From Eledone cirrhosa (taxonomy: Eukaryota), in the NCBI GenBank assembly GCA_964016885.1, contig OZ024741.1, forward strand, positions 20,708,001 to 20,772,000: a stretch of 64,000 nt of DNA, in the 5' to 3' direction. The position numbers and the translations under genes are program-made. Shown in pieces: positions 56,226 through 64,000 of this stretch; the first letter of the stretch is position 1; each line of letters opens with the position of its first letter. The notes beneath the pieces are model-generated. The model saw only the letters and a list, made by a program, of their open reading frames with translations, had not been told where the DNA came from and searched no databases.

Positions 56226-59200
56226 AACCAATTAGATGGTGGAATTGGGGAATGAAGACCAGCTAAGACAACCAATTAGATGGTGGAACTTGGGGAGTGA
56301 AGACCAGCTAAGACAACAAATTAGATGGTGGAGCCTGGAGAGTGAAGACCAGCTAAGACAACCAATTAGATGGTGGAACTTGGGGAGTGAAGACCAGCTA
56401 AGACAACCAATTAGATGGTGGAACTTGGGGAGTGAAGACCAGCTAAGACAACCAATTAGATGGTGGAACTTGGAGAGTGAAGACCAGCTAAGACAACCAA
56501 TTAGATGGTGGAACTTGGGGTGTGAAGACCAGCTAAGACAACCAATTAGATGGTGGAACTTGGGGAGTGAAGACCAGCTAAGACAACCAATTAGATGGTG
56601 GAACTTGGGGAGTGAAGACCAGCTAAGACAACCAATTAGATGGTGGAACTTGGGGACTGAAGACCAGCTAAGACAACCAATTAGATGGTGGAACTTGGGG
56701 AGTGAAGACCAGCTAAGACAACCAATTAGATGGTGGAACTTGGGGAGTGAAGACCAGCTAAGACAACCAATTAGATGGTGGAACTTGGGGACTGAAGACC
56801 AGCTAAGACAACCAATTAGATGGTGGAACTTGGGGAGTGAAGACCAGCTAAGACAACCAATTAGATGGTGGAACTTGGGGAGTGAAGACCAGCTAAGACA
56901 ACCAATTAGATGGTGGAACTTGGGGACTGAAGACCAGCTAAGACAACCAATTAGATGGTGGAACTTGGGGAGTGAAGACCAGCTAAGACAACCAATTAGA
57001 ATGTGGAACTTGGGGACTGAAGACCAGCTAAGAGAACCAGTTAGATGGTGGAACTTGGGAGTGAAGACCAGCTAAGACAACCAATTAGATGGTGGAACTT
57101 GGGGAGTGAAGACCAGCTAAGACAACCAATTAGAATGTGGAACTTGGGGAGTGAAGACCAGCTAAGAGAACCAATTAGATGGTGGAACTTGGGGACTGAA
57201 GACCAGCTAAGACAACCAATTAGATGGTGGAACTTGGGGAGTGAAGACCAGCTAAGACAACCAATTAGATGGTGGAACTTGGGGAGTGAAGACCAGCTAA
57301 GACAACCAATTAGATGGTGGAACTTGGAGAGTGAAGACCAGCTAAGACAACCAATTAGATGGTGGAACTTGGGGAGTGAAGACCAGCTAAGACAACCAAT
57401 TAGAATGTGGAACTTGGGGAGTGAAGACCAGCTAAGAGAACCAATTAGATGGTGGAACTTGGGGAGTGAAGACCAGCTAAGAGAACCAGTTAGATGGTGG
57501 AACTTGGGGACTGAAGTACAGTTAAGACAACCAATTAGATGGTGGAACTTGGGGAGTGAAGACCAGCTAAGACAACCAATTACATGGTGGAACTTGGAGA
57601 GTGAAGACCAGCTAAGAGAACCAATTAGATGGTGGAACTTGGGGAGTGAAGACCAGCTAAGACAACCAATTAGATGGTGGAACTTGGAGAGTGAAGACCA
57701 GCTAAGTCAACCAATTAGATGGTGGAACTTGGGGAGTGAAGACCAGCTAAGACAACCAATTAGATGGTGGAACTTGGGGAGTGAAGACCAGCTAAGACAA
57801 CCAATTAGATGGTGGAACTTGGGGAGTGAAGACCAGCTAAGACAACCAATTAGAATGTGGAACTTGGGGAGTGAAGACCAGCTAAGACAACCAATTAGAT
57901 GGTGGAACTTGGGGAGTGAAGACCAGCTAAGACAACCAATTAGATGGTGGAACTTGGGGAGTGAAGACCAGCTAAGACAACCAATTAGAATGTGGAACTT
58001 GGGGAGTGAAGACCAGCTAAGACAACCAATTAGATGGTGGAACTTGGGAGTGAAGACCAGCTAAGACAACCAATTAGATGGTGGAACTTGGGGACTGAAG
58101 ACCAGCTAAGACAAGCAATTAGATGGTGGAACTTGGGGACTGAAGACCAGCTAAGACAACCAATTAGATGGTGGAACTTGGGGAGTGAAGACCAGCTAAG
58201 ACAACCAATTAGATGGTGGAACTTGGGGAGTGAAGACCAGCTAAGACAACCAATTAGATGGTGGAACTTGGGGACTGAAGACCAGCTAAGACAACCAATT
58301 AGATGGTGGAACTTGGGGAGTGAAGACCAGCTAAGACAACCAATTAGAATGTGGAACTTGGAGACTGAAGACCAGCTAAGAGAACCAATTAGATGGTGGA
58401 ACTTGGGAGTGAAGACCAGCTAAGACAACCAATTAGATGGTGGAACTTGGGGAGTGAAGACCAGCTAAGACAACCAATTAGAATGTGGAACTTGGGGAGT
58501 GAAGACCAGCTAAGAGAACCAATTAGATGGTGGAACTTGGGGACTGAAGACCAGCTAAGACAACCAATTAGATGGTGGAACGTGGGGAGTGAAGACCAGC
58601 TAAGACAACCAATTAGATGGTGGAACTTGGAGAGTGAAGACCAGCTAAGACAACCAATTAGATGGTGGAACTTGGGGAGTGAAGACCAGCTAAGACAACC
58701 AATTAGAATGTGGAACTTGGGGAGTGAAGACCAGCTAAGAGAACCAATTAGATGGTGGAACTTGGGGAGTGAAGACCAGCTAAGAGAACCAGTTAGATGG
58801 TGGAACTTGGGGACTGAAGTACAGTTAAGACAACCAATTAGATGGTGGAACTTGGGGAGTGAAGACCAGCTAAGACAACCAATTACATGGTGGAACTTGG
58901 AGTGTGAAGACCAGCTAAGACAACCAATTAGATGGTGGAACTTGGGGAGTGAAGACCAGCTAAGACAACCAATTAGATGGTGGAACTTGGAGAGTGAAGA
59001 CCAGCTAAGTCAACCAATTAGATGGTGGAACTTGGGGAGTGAAGACCAGCTAAGACAACCAATTAGATGGTGGAACTTGGGGAGTGAAGACCAGCTAAGC
59101 CAACCAATTAGATGGTGGAACTTGGGGAGTGAAGACCAGCTAAGACAACCAATTAGATGGTGGAACTTGGGGAGTGAAGACCAGCTAAGACAACCAATTA

Positions 59201-62200
59201 GATGGTGGAACTTGGGGACTGAACACCAGCTAAGACAACCAATTAGATGGTGGAACTTGGGGAGTGAAGACCAGCTAAGACAACCAATTAGATGGTGGAA
59301 CTTGGGGAGTGAAGACCAGCTAAGACAACCAATTAGATGGTGGAACTTGGGGAGTGAAGACCAGCTAAGACAACCAATTAGAATGTGGAACTTGGGGAGT
59401 GAAGACCAGCTAAGAGAACCAATTAGATGGTGGAACTTGGGAGTGAAGACCAGCTAAGACAACCAATTAGATGGTGGAACTTGGGGAGTGAAGACCAGCT
59501 AAGACAACCAATTAGAATGTGGAACTTGGGGAGTGAAGACCAGCTAAGAGAACCAATTAGATGGTGGAACTTGGGGACTGAAGACCAGCTAAGACAACCA
59601 ATTAGATGGTGGAACTTGGGGAGTGAAGACCAGCTAAGAGAACCAATTAGATGATGGAACTTGGGAGTGAAGACCAGCTAAGACAACCAATTAGATGATG
59701 GAATTGGGGAATGAAGACCAGCTAAGACAACCAATTAGAATGTGGAACTTGGGGAGTGAAGACCAGCTAAGAGAACCAATTAGATGGTGGAACTTGGGGA
59801 GTGAAGACCAGCTGAGACAACCAATTAGATGGTGGAACTTGGGGACTGAAGACCAGCTAAGACAACCAATTAGATGGTGGAACTTGGGGAGTGAAGACCA
59901 GCTGAGACAACCAATTAGATGGTGGAACTTGGGAGTGAAGACCAGCTAAGACAACCAATTAGATGATGGAATTGGGGAATGAAGACCAGCTAAGACAACC
60001 AATTAGAATGTGGAACTTGGGGAGTGAAGACCAGCTAAGAGAACCAATTAGATGGTGGAACTTGGGGAGTGAAGACCAGCTGAGACAACCAATTAGATGG
60101 TGGAACTTGGGGACTGAAGACCAGCTAAGACAACCAATTAGATGGTGGAACTTGGGGAGTGAAGACCAGCTGAGACAACCAATTAGATGGTGGAACTTGG
60201 GAGTGAAGACCAGCTAAGACAACCAATTAGATGGTGGAACTTGGGGAGTGAAGACCAGCTAAGACAACCAATTAGAATGTGGAACCTGGGGAGTGAAGAC
60301 CAGCTAAGAGAACCAATTAGATGGTGGAACTTGGGGACTGAAGACCAGCTAAGACAACCAATTAGATGGTGGAACTTGGGGAGTGAAGACCAGCTAAGAC
60401 AACCAATTAGATGGTGGAACTTGGGGAGTGAAGACCAGCTAAGACAACCAATTAGATGGTGGAACTTGGAGAGTGAAGACCAGCTAAGACAACCAATTAG
60501 ATGGTGGAACTTGGGGAGTGAAGACCAGCTAAGACAACCAATTAGATGGTGGAACTTGGAGAGTGAAGACCAGCTAAGTCAACCAATTAGATGGTGGAAC
60601 TTGGGGAGTGAAGACCAGCTAAGACAACCAATTAGATGCTGGAACTTGGGGAGTGAAGACCAGCTAAGACAACCAATTAGATGGTGGAACTTGGGGAGTG
60701 AAGACCAGCTAAGACAACCAATCAGATGGTGGAACTTGGGGACTGAAGACCAGCTAAGACAACCAATTAGATGGTGGAACTTGGGGAGTGAAGACCAGCT
60801 AAGTCAACCAATTAGATGGTGGAACTTGGGGAGTGAAGACCAGCTAAGACAACCAATTAGATGGTGGAACTTGGGGAGTGAAGACCAGCTAAGACAACCA
60901 ATTAGATGGTGGAACTTGGGGAGTGAAGACCAGCTAAGACAACCAATTAGAATGTGGAACTTGGGGAGTGAAGACCAGCTAAGAGAACCAATTAGATGGT
61001 GGAACTTGGGAGTGAAGACCAGCTAAGACAACCAATTAGATGGTGGAACTTGGGGAGTGAAGACCAGCTGAGACAACCAATTAGATGGTGGAACTTGGGG
61101 AGTGAAGACCAGCTCAGACAACCAATTAGATGGTGGAACTTCGGGAGTGAAGACCAGCTAAGACAACCAATTAGATGGTGGAACTTGGGGAGTGAAGACC
61201 AGCTAAGACAACCAATTAGAATGTGGAACTTGGGGAGTGAAGACCAGCTAAGAGAACCAATTAGATGGTGGAACTTGGGAGTGAAGACCAGCTAAGACAA
61301 CCAATTAGATGATGGAATTGGGGAATGAAGACCAGCTAAGACAACCAATTAGAATGTGGAACTTGGGGAGTGAAGACCAGCTAAGAGAACCAATTAGATG
61401 GTGGAACTTGGGGAGTGAAGACCAGCTGAGACAACCAATTAGATGGTGGAACTTGGGGACTGAAGACCAGCTAAGACAACCAATTAGATGGTGGAACTTG
61501 GGGAGTGAAGACCAGCTGAGACAACCAATTAGATGGTGGAACTTGGAGAGTGAAGACCAGATAAGACAACCAATTAGATGGTGGAACTTGGAGAGTGAAG
61601 ACCAGATAAGACAACCAATTAGATGGTGGAACTTGGGGACTGAAGACCAGCTAAGACAACCAATTAGATGGTGGAACTTGGAGAGTGAAGACCAGATAAG
61701 ACAACCAATTAGATGGTGGAACTTGGGGACTGAAGACCAGCTAAGACAACCAATTAGATGGTGGAACTTGGGGAGTGAAGACCAGCTAAGACAACCAATT
61801 AGATGGTGGAACTTGGGGACTGAAGTCCAGTTAAGACAACAAATTAGATGGTGAAGCCTGGAGAGTGAAGGCCAGCTAAGACAAACAATTAGATGGTGGA
61901 ACTTGGGGTGTGGAGACCAGCTAAGACAACCAATTAGATGGTGGAACTTGGGAGTGAAGACCAGCTAAGACAACCAATTAGATGGTGGAATTGGGGAATG
62001 AAGACCAGCTAAGACAACCAATTAGATGGTGGAACTTGGGGAGTGAAGACCAGCTAAGACAACCAATTAGATGGTGGAACTTGGAGAGTGAAGACCAGCT
62101 AAGACAACCAATTAGATGGAGGAACTTGGAGAGTGAAGACCAGCTAAGACAACCAATTAGATGGTGGAACTTGGGGAGTGAAGACCAGCTAAGACAACAA

Positions 62201-64000
62201 ATTAGATGGTGGAACTTGGAGAGTGAAGACCAGCTAAGACAACCAATTAGATGGTGGAACTTACAGGGTGAAGACCAGCTAAGACAACCAATTAGATGGA
62301 GGAACTTGGAGAGTGAAGACCAGCTAAGACAACCAATTAGATGGTGGAACTTGGGGAGTGAAGACCAGCTAAGACAACCAATTAGATGGTGGAACTTGGG
62401 GAGTGAAGACCAGCTAAGACAACCAATTAGATGGTGGAACTTGGGGAGTGAAGACCAGCTAAGACAACCAATTAGATGGTGGAACTTGGGGACTGAAGAC
62501 CAGCTAAGACAACCAATTAGATGGTGGAACTTGGGGACTGAAGACCAGCTAAGACAACCAATTAGATGGTGGAATTTGTGGAGTGACGACCAGCTAAGAC
62601 AACCAATTAGATGGTGGAACTTGGGGACTGAAGACCAGCTAAGACAACCAATTAGATGGTGTAAATTGGGAGTGAAGACCAGCTAAGACAACCAATTAGA
62701 TGGTGGAACTTGGGGACTGAAGACCAGCTAAGACAATCAATTAGATGGTGGAACTTGGGGACTGAAGACCAGCTAAGACAATCAATTAGATGGTGGAACT
62801 TGGGGAGTGAAGACCAGCTAAGACAATCAATTAGATGGTGGAACTTGGGGAATGAAGACCAGCTAAGACAATCAATTAGATGGTGGAACTTGGGGAGTGA
62901 CGACCAGCTAAGACAACCAAATAGATCGTGGAACCTGGGGACTGAAGTCCAGTTAAGACAACCAATTAGATGGTGGAGCCTGGAGAGTGAAGACCAGATA
63001 AGACAACCAATTAGATGGTGGAACTTGGAGAGTGAAGACCAGATAAGACAGCCAATTAGATGGTGGAACTTGGGGTGTGGAGACCAGCTAAGACAACCAA
63101 TTAGATGGTGGAACTTGGGAGTGAAGACCAGCTAAGACAACCAATTAGATGGTGGAATTGGGGAATGAAGACCAGCTAAGACAACCAATTAGATGGTGGA
63201 ACTTGGGGAGTGAAGACCAGCTAAGACAACAAATTAGATGGTGGAACTTACAGGGTGAAGACCAGCTAAGACAACCAATTAGATGATGGAACTTGGGGAG
63301 AGAAGACCAGCTAAGACAACCAATTAGATGGTGGAACTTGGAGAGAGAAGACCAGCTAAGAAAATTAATTACATGGTGGAACTTGGAGAGTGAAGACCAG
63401 CTAAGAGAACCAATTAGATGGTGGAACGTGTGGACTGAAGACCAGCTAAGACAACCAATAAGATGGTGGAACTTGGGGAGTGAAGACCAGCTGAGACAAC
63501 CAATTAGATTGTGGAACTTGGGGAGTGAAGACCAGCTAAGATAACCCATTAGATGGTGGAACTTGGGGAGTGAAGACCAGCTGAGACAACCAATTAGATT
63601 GTGGAACTTGGGGAGTGACGACCAGCTAAGACAACCAATTAGATCGTGGAACTTGGGGACTGAAGTCCAGTTAAGACAACCAATTAGATGGTGGAGCCTG
63701 GAGAGTGAAGACCAGCTAAGACAACCAATTAGATGGTGGAACTTGGGGTGTGGAGACCAGCTAAGACAACCAATTAGATGGTGGAACTTGGGAGTGAAGA
63801 CCAGCTAAGACAACCAATTAGATGGTGGAATTGGGGAATGAAGACCAGCTAAGACAACCAATTAGATGGTGGAACTTGGGGAGTGAAGACCAGCTAAGAA
63901 AACCAATTAGATGGTGGAACTTGGGGACTGAAGACCAACTAAGACAACCAATTAGATGGTGGAACTTGGGGACTGAAGACCAGCTAAGACAACCAATTAG
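56226..64000. repeat. Super-unit B, copy 3 (cut by the window end)
   Basis: ORF matches 49152/60187 and 49961/60996 (offset 11035), 28065/61309 (identical 181-aa translation), 30229/63293 and 30499/63563. Confidence 0.87.

Larger units (their letters stand above)
1..64000. repeat. 45-bp tandem satellite array, about 1426 monomers in a single orientation, running off both window edges
   Basis: The consensus AACCAATTAGATGGTGGAACTTGGGGAGTGAAGACCAGCTAAGAC recurs every 45 bp (occasionally 44 bp) from position 1 to 64000. Most monomers differ from consensus at 0-3 positions. Monomer starts at 1 and 63991 give 63990 = 1426x45 - 180, which agrees with my segment-by-segment tally of single-base deletions. 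Confidence 0.99.

Noticed and set aside
784-63549. Minus-strand ORFs encoding (HHLIGCLSWSSLPKF)n with His/Cys, superficially metal-binding
   Set aside because: Antisense reading of the same repeat. Start codons arise only from sporadic point variants, and the spacing does not match C2H2 or other zinc-finger patterns.
11-63808. More than 100 plus-strand ORFs encoding (QPIRWWNLGSEDQLR)n, suggesting a Trp-rich repeat protein or a frameshift-controlled gene array
   Set aside because: 45 bp is 15 codons and a random 15-codon frame is stop-free about half the time; only 2 of 6 consensus frames are open. ORFs start and stop at 44-bp monomers, nonsense variants occur (TAG, TAA, TGA), most variants are non-synonymous, and there are no unique N- or C-terminal domains.
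1-64000. CRISPR array or other repeat-spacer or cassette system
   Set aside because: No unique spacers: the variable segment differs only by point changes from one consensus. No leader, cas, recombinase or reverse transcriptase gene is in the window.
1-64000. Resemblance of CAATTAGATGGTGG to the CTCF core (CCACTAGATGGCGC-like), and possible CENP-B box
   Set aside because: Several key C positions of the CTCF motif mismatch. The CENP-B box needs two CpGs (TTCG....A..CGGG), which are absent from the consensus and not completed by the TTCGGG variant.
1-64000. Synthetic concatemer or rolling-circle sequencing artefact (BbsI site in each unit)
   Set aside because: Variants are inherited in hierarchical, colinear blocks with private SNPs, which random error or rolling-circle copying of one template would not produce. 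Local misassembly of individual duplications cannot be excluded.

Overview
The whole 64-kb window is one uninterrupted head-to-tail satellite array of a 45-bp monomer, consensus AACCAATTAGATGGTGGAACTTGGGGAGTGAAGACCAGCTAAGAC (47% GC, 67% purine on the + strand, no CpG). Phase arithmetic done by hand gives about 1426 monomers, about 180 of them 44 bp long. I found no genes, RNA genes, transposon insertions, inversions, CRISPR spacers or unique sequence. The ORFs in the track are translations of the repeat (45 = 15 codons) broken by the 44-bp monomers. The information in the window lies in the order of the monomer variants, which shows nested higher-order repeats. These are a 4-6 kb family (A, 1.4-15.8 kb), a 12.2-kb super-unit (B, three copies), an A+B duplication at up to about 28 kb offset, and many local duplications of 2 to 76 monomers. 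It most resembles eukaryotic heterochromatic (peri)centromeric or subtelomeric satellite DNA. I cannot assign an organism or a named family, and the sequence alone does not support a new gene-encoded system. All counts and offsets were read by eye.
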